Below, piece by piece: positions 11,540-21,169 of a stretch of 44,377 bases of DNA. The notes under the pieces are model-generated. The model made no database searches and was not told the DNA's origin. It was given only the letters and a program-made list of their open reading frames with translations. Every line of letters starts with the position of its first letter. The first letter of the stretch is position 1. This DNA is from Octopus bimaculoides. Its lineage: Eukaryota. The DNA lies in the NCBI RefSeq assembly GCF_001194135.2, contig NC_068998.1:33664692-33709068 (forward strand), in the 5' to 3' direction. The translations under genes and the position numbers were made by a program.

Positions 11540-11770
11540 AAAAAAATTATTTGGAAATTATAAAGAGAAACGAATGGTAAATTCAGACTGTCTGTATTTT
11601 AAAACCACGAATTAAAAAAAAAATTGGTGTGGGAATTTTTTTTTTTTGTATAATTGTATCAATTTCATTATGCAGAAAACAGAATCGAAAAACTTTTGTA
11701 AATATTTGTAAAAATAAAGTAAGTTATGAGGGGTTCTAGCACATGCTTACATCATAACTCTGCTGAGTTT
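11540..11770. repeat. Dispersed repeat, inverted partner of 9205-9420
   Basis: See 9205-9420. Confidence 0.7.
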
Positions 11771-12390
11771 TGCTTCCACTAGCAAAAGCTATACGTATCT
11801 TTCAGAAAGCGCCATATCAATTTAACTTTATGCAGCATTCACTGTTAGTTTATGCACAGGCTATGTGGGAAGACAGAATAAAGAGGCTTTTGTTAGCTTA
11901 TATCTCTGATAAAATGGATCCCTTTGCTGTTCAAAAAAATAAACTCGCAGAGGGGAAGCTTCAACGTCTTCCTTCAATTTCATTATACCATTTATGTGGC
12001 TGTTTCTGACAAGAAATTTCGCTTTCAAGTAAGACAACTATATTTTGTAGTCATTATCTGTAATCTGCTCCCAAAACACTTCAGCAGTTCTGCTTTGGAT
12101 TACTTGCAAACATATATGTTCTTTGATCATTAAAGTGCCACAATAACCAGCCTTCAATTTGATTTTCCATTCCTAGGCCAATCGGAAACATAGATTGCTG
12201 TGCTACTCATAAATCTTCTCAGTAGTTCAATTATTTAGTGAAGAAAATACTACCAAAGCAACTTAAACTGTCCAAAGGATGGGTGCATTTGCTAGTATAT
12301 ATATATATGAAATAAATTAATGACAATAACTTGATTGATAATTTTTTCCTCATAAATGATTAGATGTCTAGAAATTGTTTTGTGTATGCA

Positions 12391-12425
<35 letters not shown>

Positions 12426-12569
12426 ATGTGTGTACGCACATGATTATATATGAGTGTGTCTATGTCTGACACCTTGTCTTAACATTGCATGATAGCTGTA
12501 AATGAGTGTCACTGTTGTTCATTTCCAATATTCTGTGTCAACATGTCTGGCCATACTTGGAAAGAGACA

Positions 12570-12681
12570 AGAGTTGGCAATAGGAAAAGCATCCAGACAT
12601 AGAAAATCCACCTGAATAAACTTTGTCCAACCCATGCTAGCATGGGAATGTGGACAGTAAAACAATGATGGTGATGATGAT
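12570..12681 (+). mobile_element. 5'-truncated LINE 3' tail with (GAT)n end
   Basis: ttggcaataggaaaagcatccag...gtccaacccatgctagcatgg...aaacaatgatggtgatgatga matches the 19760 and 42330 copies. Confidence 0.7.
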
Positions 12682-12786
12682 TGGGGAAACAATATTTTCT
12701 GTTTGTTTCTCTCCACTTACTGTAAATAAGAAATGTCCTCTCATTAAAAAATTATACTTGTGAAATCATTAGTATTTTAGACACAC

Positions 12787-12972
12787 TATCAAATAATTTG
12801 AGACCAGTTACACTAGTTTCAAATCATCATATTAGATAGTACTTTTGAGACTGGTTATCAGATAATTTGAAACCAGTGACACTGTTTTCAAATTACTAGA
12901 ATCTGAGATTAAGCTATCAGATAATTTGAAGTCCGTTATACAGGTTTCCAATTACCAGTATCTGAGACTGGT
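12787..12972. repeat. Three-unit minisatellite (about 59-bp period), each unit an internal hairpin
   Basis: Units start at 12787, 12856 and 12915. Consensus TATCAGATAATTTGAAACCAGT-TAC-ACTGGTTTCAAATTACCAGTATCTGAGACTGGT contains a perfect 14-bp inverted repeat. Confidence 0.85.
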
Positions 12973-13164
12973 TTAATCATGAAACCTTCACCAAGAGAAT
13001 TGTTGACATTTTTTTGATAGTGTCAGGTCTGCTTCTTTCTTCATAATAATACTTTAAATTAGCATTACTTTATATTTAGACATTTATTCTACGTGCTCCA
13101 ATCTATTTCCTGATTTTTAAAAAAATCTAACCTATTCAAAGAATTGTGCATAACCATCCCTGTC

Positions 13165-13500
13165 ATTGTCATCTTCATCTTCACCATTGTCATTGTTGTC
13201 ACTGCCATCATCATCGCCGTCGTCGTCATCGTCGTCGTCATCATCATCAACATCATCATCATCATCATCCCTCTACTTTCTAACTGGCAGTGGTTGGATG
13301 GGTCATCATGAGCTGAGTGATTTTGTATTGAGATTTACTGCTTTCATAGTCTCATATCTGTCATTTTGCCTCAGTTTCTGTATCTGGATGAGTGTCCTTC
13401 CTGTTACCAACCACTTTACAGAGTTTATTGTGTGCATTTTCTCATGACACCAATACTACAGAGATTTATAAGTCCTCAGCAGTAAAACAGGACTAAAAGG
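13165..13500 (-). mobile_element. LINE 3' UTR remnant with (GAT)n tail (seen as (TCA/TCG)n on +)
   Basis: ggatgagtgtccttcctgttaccaaccact is the reverse complement of the gtggttggc(g/a)ttaggaagggcatcc motif of the LINE-tail family; long trinucleotide tail at 13165-13268. Confidence 0.5.
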
Positions 13501-14224
13501 ACCTCACAACCCTGTGCCTTCTCTGCTCATTTGCCACCTACTTTGCACTGTGTATTGGATGTATCTTTTGGCATCAACATTAAAGGAGTTATCCATTCCT
13601 CTTCAGTCACTCTAGGGGATTCGGGGAGGGGATTTCCCTCATGGCACTGATATATCAGCTTTGAACATTGAAAATGTACAGAGTGCTTTGTAATCTAAGA
13701 TGTTTACTTTTGGAAGTAATGTAAATGAGGAGGGGTAGTGAAGGCGCAATAACCTAAGAAGTGAACTTTTATAGGTAATGTGAATGAGAATGTGTGGAAA
13801 ATATTTAATAACCTTAGTTGTGTACTTTTGGTTGGGTAATGTGATCAAGGAGGTAGAGAGGATTAGTGGAAAGTCAGAATGGGTGATTGAAAGGAGAATG
13901 AGTAAGACAGCAGAGACAGAGATATTGAAATGGAGATGAGAAGTGAGTAATGGGCAATAACTGAGGTGGATATAACAAAATAGGTGACAGATGACAAATG
14001 GTGGTCAGAGGAGAAGAGAGAGAGAGAGAGATAGAGAGATGGATGGCACAATAGATAAGGTTAAGCAGAGTGTATTGAAGACGGACAGCTTGATGTAGTT
14101 TCTTGTTCATTGAGAATGATTGAACCGCCTCTTATGCATAGGCTTAGTGAATAGAGAGAGAGAGAGAGAGCAACAGAGTGATGAGAATGGTGGGAGCTAT
14201 TCATATCTATATACCAAGTTATTT

Positions 14225-14460
14225 TCATTTGTTTGATGATGAGTCAAGTTACTTATGCTGGCTCCTGTACTGGTGGCATGTAAAAAGCACCCACTACACT
14301 CTCAGAGTGGTTGGCATTAGGGAGTGCATCCAACTGTACACAGCAAGATCAGATTGGAGTCTGCTGCAGCCTCTGGCTCTCCAGACCTTAGTCAAACTGA
14401 CCAACTCGTGCTAGCATGGAAAACGGACGTTAAACGATGATGATAATGTTGATGATGATC
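14225..14460 (+). mobile_element. 5'-truncated LINE 3' tail with (GAT)n end
   Basis: aaaagcacccactacactctcagagtggttggcattagg...gctagcatggaaaacggacgttaaacgatgatgat colinear with 42310-42479. Confidence 0.8.
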
Positions 14461-14461
14461 C

Positions 14462-14878
14462 TCCAGAATGGTGGCTTCCACTTTATGAATGGTGTCATCG
14501 TTATCAATGGCAAAATGTGGTCATCCAGGAATAGGAGTAGTTTCCACCGAAGTCCAACCACATTTGAACTGGTGATGCCAGTGCTTGACTACGTTGTATG
14601 ATGGTGCACCATTACCATAAACTTCTTTTATCTCAATTGAAAGTTTCTTCTGGTGTGCGACCTTTCAAGTATAAGAACCTAATCGTGGAACTGCATTCAA
14701 CTGCCTCCATTATAACACCGTTGTCCACTTCAGCTGCTGTAAAAGACAAATGAATACTAGTGGAAAGCTGCAATTTACAATGTGACATGTAGAAACATGT
14801 ATGATTATACCTGTACAAGTTCTATTTCCTGCAATAACTGGACGTGGGTCAGGAGAAATCTTTAATGAACACCCCTCG
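14462..14878 (-). mobile_element. mariner-family transposon, 5' TIR and N-terminal HTH only
   Basis: TA|CGAGGGGTGTTCA terminus at 14878. From ATG 14710 the frame reads MEAVECSSTIRFLYLKGRTPEETFN*...YGNGAPSYNVVKHWHHQFKCGWTSVETTPIPG*PH, a mariner DNA-binding region with stops. Confidence 0.85.
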
Positions 14879-15643
14879 TATCAGCTTGGCAATAAAACTA
14901 TTATCTTGCTTATCACCTTGTCTAACCTGTTTGCTAACTCATTAGGCCTATCAACGTACTCACTGGTTAATTTACTACTACTTCATAACATTTATTATTG
15001 TTTATCTTGGTGATGTGTGTAATCTCACAAGCTATCTTAAATTAAATTTGCTTTATCCTCTTTCTCTGAATTTAGTTTGTTATCTCTCTTACTAATTTAA
15101 TTACTTTATCAACCAACATATTTAGTGTACTAAATTCATATGCTTTTTCTTGAATCATTCATTGTGTCAATAATTTCACATGATTTCTCTTAAAATCCAT
15201 TTCTTAACTATGACTATTGTTTCAATGGTATTGTACCATTGTTTCTATGTGAAAATGGGTGTAATGCTTAGTGCAAATGTAACAAAGACTTGTCAGAACA
15301 ATTATTTCTGCAACCATATTCTTTCCTAACTACTTTGGCATGAACTTGAAGTATCATACTTTTTTCTACACTGGTTGAAACTGATGAATCTAAGATAATA
15401 GATATACCTATTTTTGACCATAAGTAGTACAGATACAAATATTTGGGAAGGTATATAATGCGAATTTGTTATGTTCATGCTTATTTCAAGAGTAATATAA
15501 ACATAAACTTGTAATAGCGATCAGCTTGTTGAAACAACTTATTAGGAGTTTTCCTTGCAATATATCCACATACACGGTGGTGCATCAGCATGGCCGCAGC
15601 TCTGAGCTGAAACTTTGAAATGAAAAAAAAAAAAAAATACATA

Positions 15644-16043
15644 GGCGCAGGAGTGGCTGTGTGGTAAGTAGCTTGCATACCAACCACATGGTTCTGGGTT
15701 TAGTCCAACTGCGTGGCACCTTGGGCAAGTGTCTTCTACTATAGCCTCAGGCCGACCAAAGCCTTGTGAGTGGATTTGGTAGATGGAAACTGAAAGAAGC
15801 CTGTCGTATATATGTATATATATATATATATATATATGTATGTCTGTGTATATGTTTGTCCCCCCAACGTCGCTTGACAACCGATGCTGGTGTGTTTACG
15901 TCTCCGTAACTTAGCAGTTCGGCAAAAAGAGACCGATAGAATAAGTACTAGGCTTACAAAGAATAAGTCCTGGGGTCGATTTGCTTGACTAAAGGTGGTG
16001 CTCCAGCATGGCCGCAGTCAAATGACTGAAACAAGTAAAAGAG
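15644..16043 (+). mobile_element. Full-length tRNA-derived SINE (best-preserved copy)
   Basis: GGCGCAGGAG start, A-box TGGCTGTGTGG, B-box-like GGTTTAGTCC, ccttgggcaagt core, internal (TA)n and aagtaaaagagt tail. Confidence 0.9.
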
Positions 16044-16817
16044 TATACTTTTTAACAGTGTGTAGGTATATCACAAGATAGGTGAGAATGCAAACAGATT
16101 AATCGATAGGCTTTCTAATTAATAGTTTAAGATAATTAATAGGTTGTTTCTTGATTAAATAATAGCTGAGTTTCATTCTTTCAAGTTTTGTACTGATTTC
16201 AAACTTTCTGATATGTAGTTGTATCTCATGCAATATGTTGAAATATAGACATTTTCAAATTTTAAAACCTTAAAGGAAAACATGTTACATTGAAAACATA
16301 AAATACTATTTATTTTTGTTCACTTTCAATGTTTGCATGCCTATTTGCGTATCAAATGTCAAAGTTTGCAGGATCAGGTATCACTTGGAATCAACTACAT
16401 GACAGTAACAATTTTACAAACACCTATATACTCTAGCATCTTAAAGTAAAAGTCATTAATTAAATTTTAATGTTCCAATTTAATTTCTATTGTCATATAT
16501 ATATATATATANNNNNNNNNNNNNNNNNNNNNNNNNNNNNNNNNNNNNNNNNNNNNNNNNNNNNNNNNNNNNNNNNNNNNNNNNNNNNNNNNNNNNNNNN
16601 NNNNNNNNNNNNNNNNNNNNNNNNNNNNNNNNNNNNNNNNNNNNNNGATTCGATAAAATGAAAAAAAGAACTAATCAATATCAGAGATTGATTTCATTGA
16701 CTATACTCACTCTGCAAAACTTGTGACTATTCACCTAATTACAAATTGTTGTTGTTGTTGATGTTGCTGTTGTAGTTGTTGATGCAGGTGCTGCTGCTAT
16801 TATTATCATTATTATTA

Positions 16818-16957
16818 TTCAAATTCTGCTGAGGTCGACTTTGCCTTTCATCCTTTTGGAGGTCAATAAATTAAGTACTATTAAAACACTGGAGTCGATG
16901 TAATTGAATAGTCCCCTCCCACCAGATTTCAGGCCATGTGCCTTTAGTAGAAAGGAT
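16818..16957 (+). mobile_element. Second SINE family, 5'-truncated at the B-box, followed by a (TTA/TTG)n tail to about 17023
   Basis: ttcaaattctgctgaggtcgactttgcctttcatcc...aggccatgtgcctttagtagaaagga; homologous to 17969, 18147 and 19330. Confidence 0.75.
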
Positions 16958-17023
16958 TGTTATTATTGTTGTTGTTGTTGTTGTTGTAGTAGTTGTTGTT
17001 GTTGTAGAAGTTGTTCTTGTTGT

Positions 17024-17968
17024 TTCCATCGATGCTTTTGCTCTGGTAAATGTTATACTGGCATGATACCAAAAGTGCAATTCATATCCTTTGGCCAGAT
17101 ATCTTTTGGGTCATTCCTTCTCCTTCAACTTTCTAATATCTTCCTTAGAATCCTCATTGTTCCTAACAAGGCTGTTTTCTGCTACAGGCCTGTTCTGATG
17201 GTAATTCCTACCTTCTCAAGTCATATAATCAACCTTTTACTAACTTCTCCCAGTGTGCCAACCACAATCGGTACCACTTCTAAGTGTCTGATCCTCCATA
17301 GTTTCCTGATTTCCCACTTCAGCTCCTGACATTTCTCCACTTTCTCACTTTCCTTCTAATTCACCCTGTTGTCCGACAGTGAAGCAGTATCCACAATAAT
17401 CGCTTTGTTCTTATTTTCTATGAATAAAACAGATTTGCTAGCCACAATAAAATGGTCACACTAGATAATCATGTCCCACAAGATCTTATGTTGTTCATTT
17501 TCAACAACCTCTTTTTGTGCAAGCATCTTACATTCACTATTAATGCAGTTTATTGTTTTACCTCTCTCATCACACAACCAACTAAGTGGGGAAGTCACTG
17601 AAGTGTCAAGACTGAACTTCATATAGTTCGTTCTCAATACCTGTTCTTGGGCTGCGAAGATAAGGGATTTAGTTTCAACTTTCAAGTCGTTTTTCTTAGT
17701 CTATTCCCAGATCTTATGTTTGTGAACTGTTTCAGGCATTTCCTGCAAGAATTGACCATATATTTTTTCTTTACCCTTTTTATTTGCTTCATCCCTGCCT
17801 AGGGCTTTTATCTTTTTTACCCCTGCCACCAATCTCTCCTTTGAATTCTTTAGATACCAGATTATTTTCCTTAGACTTCACACACACTTCACTGCCAGTA
17901 AGACCTCTTCTATCTCATTATCCTGATAGATACATTACAGCATTTCGTCTGCCTTTCTGTTCTGCAAC
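17024..17968 (-). mobile_element. Decayed R4/Dong-type non-LTR retrotransposon 3' fragment (zinc-knuckle region plus restriction-like endonuclease)
   Basis: Frames read LKVETKSLIFAAQEQVLRTNY...LCDERGKTINCINSECKMLAQK/EVVENEQHKILWD...VEKCQELKWEIRKLW...VVPIVVGTLG...QKTALLGTMRILRKILES* (stop 17125-17127). Confidence 0.85.
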
Positions 17969-18113
17969 CAAATTTCGCCAAAGTCGACTTTGCCTTTCAT
18001 CCTTTTGAGGTTGATAAATTAACTTCCAGTCAAGTATTGGGACTGATATGATCTACTTTACTCCTCCCCTAAAAATTTTAGGCCTGTTGCCTTTAGTAGA
18101 AAGGATTGTTATA
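17969..18113 (+). mobile_element. Second SINE family, 5'-truncated at about the same B-box position as 16818
   Basis: caaatttcgccaaagtcgactttgcctttcatcc...ttgcctttagtagaaaggattgtta. Confidence 0.75.
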
Positions 18114-18146
18114 ATCATAATGACAGAATGAAAATATCATTGTTCT

Positions 18147-18366
18147 CATGAGGTGTCAGAATCATTAGCATGTTGGACAAAATGCTTTGTGGCATTTCTT
18201 CCAGTTTTATGTTTTGAGCTCATATGCCACAAAGGTCGACTTTACCTTTCATCCTTTCAGTGTTAATAAAATAAGCACCAGTCAAGTGCTGGGGACTGAT
18301 GTAATCACTGGCTCCACTCTCTCCCAAATCACAGGCCTTGTACCTAAAGTGGAAAGGATTACTATT
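18147..18366 (+). mobile_element. Second SINE family, near full length but degenerate
   Basis: tcagaatcattagcatgttggacaaaatgct...ttttgagctc...ggtcgactttacctttcatcc...ccttgtacctaaagtggaaaggattacta. Confidence 0.7.
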
Positions 18367-19320
18367 ATGTTTTTGTAAATCTCAGTCTTTACATTAAATG
18401 GTCCAGTTAAGGAACAGTCAACAAAAAGTTGACAAAAGTTCCTTACTGCTTCCTCTCCTGTGTCTTATATCAACAAGATTTTCCTTAAAATCTTTACTGC
18501 ACCAAGAAGTGCTATCTTCTGCGTGACCAGTAACCTTGCATCAATTCTACTTTTATTTACACACTCCTTGAAACCATCTGATATGAATTCCAATGCTCCA
18601 ATCACTTAAATCACTAAAACCTTCTTCATCCCCCTACAACTTTCCAGCCTCCTTCTTCAGTGACTCATACTTCTCCACTTTTTCATTCATTTTTTTTTCC
18701 TCAACTATCTCTTCGATAATTTTGGCCTCATTTTCTTTCCTTTTGACAACCACAATGTTTGGCCTTCTTGCATCAATCATTCTATCACATTGAATAGTGT
18801 AGTCCAACAAAAGCTTAAATTTGTCATTCTCTAACACTTTTTCTGGTGTCTGCTCAAACCTTTTAACTATTCTAACAAACCCACATTTCTCAGATTTCAT
18901 CCAGTGGCAACGCTATTATGTTGTCTTTTACACTCATGTTGTGCCAACTTAGCACATTCACTTATATGGTGGATAACATTTCTCCTTTTGTTCCACATAT
19001 CCTACATAATGGTGGTTCTTTCATTTTGTCAACATGATGCTTAATGCAATTAGTTTAGAGGGCCTTCTCCTGGGAACTACCCACTCAAGCTTCAGTGCAC
19101 TCTTTCAAATCACCATTTCTAAGCAACAACCAACTCTTATCCCAATCAATCCCTGCTTTATCTGTAGTATACTGCTCTCACATAAGCTTGTTCTTCCATT
19201 CCTTTTCAAGTTCATTTTTCAGTCTCTTCTTGCATTCATTCTGCGTTATTGCTCCTGTAGATTTCAGTGTGTCAAGGTCTCTTACTTTTGACATGATGTT
19301 GCCTTTTACATTTTTTAAGG
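18367..19320 (-). mobile_element. Second decayed R4/Dong-type REL retrotransposon 3' fragment
   Basis: PLCRICGTKGENVIHHISECAKLAQHECKRQH...PEKVLENDKFKLLLDYTIQCDRMIDARRPNIVVV...EKVEKYESLKKEAGKL...QKIALLGAVKILRKILLI* (stop 18465-18467). Confidence 0.88.
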
Positions 19321-19329
19321 TATCAAGCT

Positions 19330-19384
19330 ACAACTAGCCTCCTTCCCCAAAATATCAGGCCTCCTTGTACCTATAGTAGAAAGG

Positions 19385-19441
<57 letters not shown>

Positions 19442-19468
19442 GTTGTTGTTGTTGTTGTTGTTATTATT
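19330..19468 (+). mobile_element. 3' tip of the second SINE family with a (CTA)n(TTG)n(TTA)n tail
   Basis: ccccaaaatatcaggcctccttgtacctatagtagaaagga followed by the trinucleotide run. Confidence 0.65.
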
Positions 19469-19759
19469 CATACTTTCAGAAATACATGTGAGGTTAAAAG
19501 GTCCTGTTAAAATAATGGCCCAATAAATTCTTCCTTCCCAGTGCATCAATCTTCTGGAATTTCCTGCTCATATCTTTCCTATAGGTGTTGATAAAGGCTC
19601 AAAATTATTATCACTATTACCATCTTCATCATCTTCATATTATTGCTTTAATGTCCATTTCTGTCAATCATGAGCAGCCATCCTAGATTTCACTAGCATT
19701 GCTACTTTCATTCAAGTATAGCTGTGTGTATTCAGATTCTTTTACTATTTTCATTCACT

Positions 19760-19908
19760 GAGTGGTTGGCGTTAGGAAGGGCATCCAGCTGTAGAAACTC
19801 TGCCAAATCAGACTGGAGCCTGGTGTTGCCATCCGGTTTCACCAGTCCTCAGTCAAATCGTCCAACCCATGCTAGCATGGAAAGCGGACGTTAAACGATG
19901 ATGATGAT
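19760..19908 (+). mobile_element. 5'-truncated LINE 3' tail, well preserved
   Basis: gagtggttggcgttaggaagggcatccagctgtagaaa...cccatgctagcatggaaagcggacgttaaacgatgatgatgat, closely similar to 42335-42479. Confidence 0.85.
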
Positions 19909-21169
19909 TCAACAGACTGTACCCATACCAGGGCATGGCCTTATATGTCTGTATGATCATATAATTAATTTCTGCACTGTTTCCATTTATGGAATTCTAC
20001 CTGCAAGATATTGATTAACCCAAGACTATTGTAGAAGACGAAGAGAAAAAGAAAGGCCCAATATGTTATATAGAATCACAGTTGTGAAGCAAACATCTTA
20101 ATCAAACAGTCATGCATGTATATGTATGCATGTACATATGAATGTATATATATATATATATATAACAAATAAAAGGGTAAAGGATTATTAATTTATTAAT
20201 AATTTTTACCAAGCACTTTGGTATGTAAATACCATTATCGGTAAAGAACTTATTCAAAAGTTCTTTTAAATTTATAAACATAATTAAGGGATCAGCAACA
20301 GTTGCTTCACCACATACCGAAATTCTGCTGTTTCTGAATTTCNNNNNNNNNNNNNNNNNNNNNNNNNNNNNNNNNNNNNNNNNNNNNNNNNNNNNNNNNN
20401 NNNNNNNNNNNNNNNNNNNNNNNNNNNNNNNNNNNNNNNNNNNNNNNNNNNNNNNNNNNNNNNNNNNNNNNNNNNNNNNNNNNNNNNNNNNNNNNNNNNN
20501 NNNNNNNNNNNNNNNNNNNNNNNNNNNNNNNNNNNNNNNNNNNNNNNNNNNNNNNNNNNNNNNNNNNNNNNNNNNNNNNNNNNNNNNNNNNNNNNNNNNN
20601 NNNNNNNNNNNNNNNNNNNNNNNNNNNNNNNNNNNNNNNNNNNNNNNNNNNNNNNNNNNNNNNNNNNNNNNNNNNNNNNNNNNNNNNNNNNNNNNNNNNN
20701 NNNNNNNNNNNNNNNNNNNNNNNNNNNNNNNNNNNNNNNNNNNNNNNNNNNNNNNNNNNNNNNNNNNNNNNNNNNNNNNNNNNNNNNNNNNNNNNNNNNN
20801 NNNNNNNNNNNNNNNNNNNNNNNNNNNNNNNNNNNNNNNNNNNNNNNNNNNNNNNNNNNNNNNNNNNNNNNNNNNNNNNNNNNNNNNNNNNNNNNNNNNN
20901 NNNNNNNNNNNNNNNNNNNNNNNNNNNNNNNNNNNNNNNNNNNNNNNNNNNNNNNNNNNNNNNNNNNNNNNNNNNNNNNNNNNNNNNNNNNNNNNNNNNN
21001 NNNNNNNNNNNNNNNNNNNNNNNNNNNNNNNNNNNNNNNNNNNNNNNNNNNNNNNNNNNNNNNNNNNNNNNNNNNNNNNNNNNNNNNNNNNNNNNNNNNN
21101 NNNNNNNNNNNNNNNNNNNNNNNNNNNNNNNNNNNNNNATGTGTGTCTGTATATTTGTATATGTATATA

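Noticed and set aside
12787-12972. CRISPR-like appearance of the palindromic repeats
   Set aside because: Eukaryotic context, no unique spacers and no cas genes; reported as a minisatellite instead.
13600-14030. Purine-rich stretch possibly from an L2/Jockey-type LINE end
   Set aside because: Only vague similarity; cannot be supported without a profile search.
15380-15410. CTGATGA followed by an ATCTA/TAGAT hairpin
   Set aside because: No GAAA or helix III downstream, so the hammerhead core is incomplete.
15644-15720. tRNA-like A and B boxes
   Set aside because: SINE heads rather than tRNA genes: no acceptor stem closure, and they continue into SINE body sequence.
20165-20342. Probable PLE end with a CAACTGTTG quasi-palindrome
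   Set aside because: Cut by an 800-N gap and core nucleotides are absent; too weak to call.
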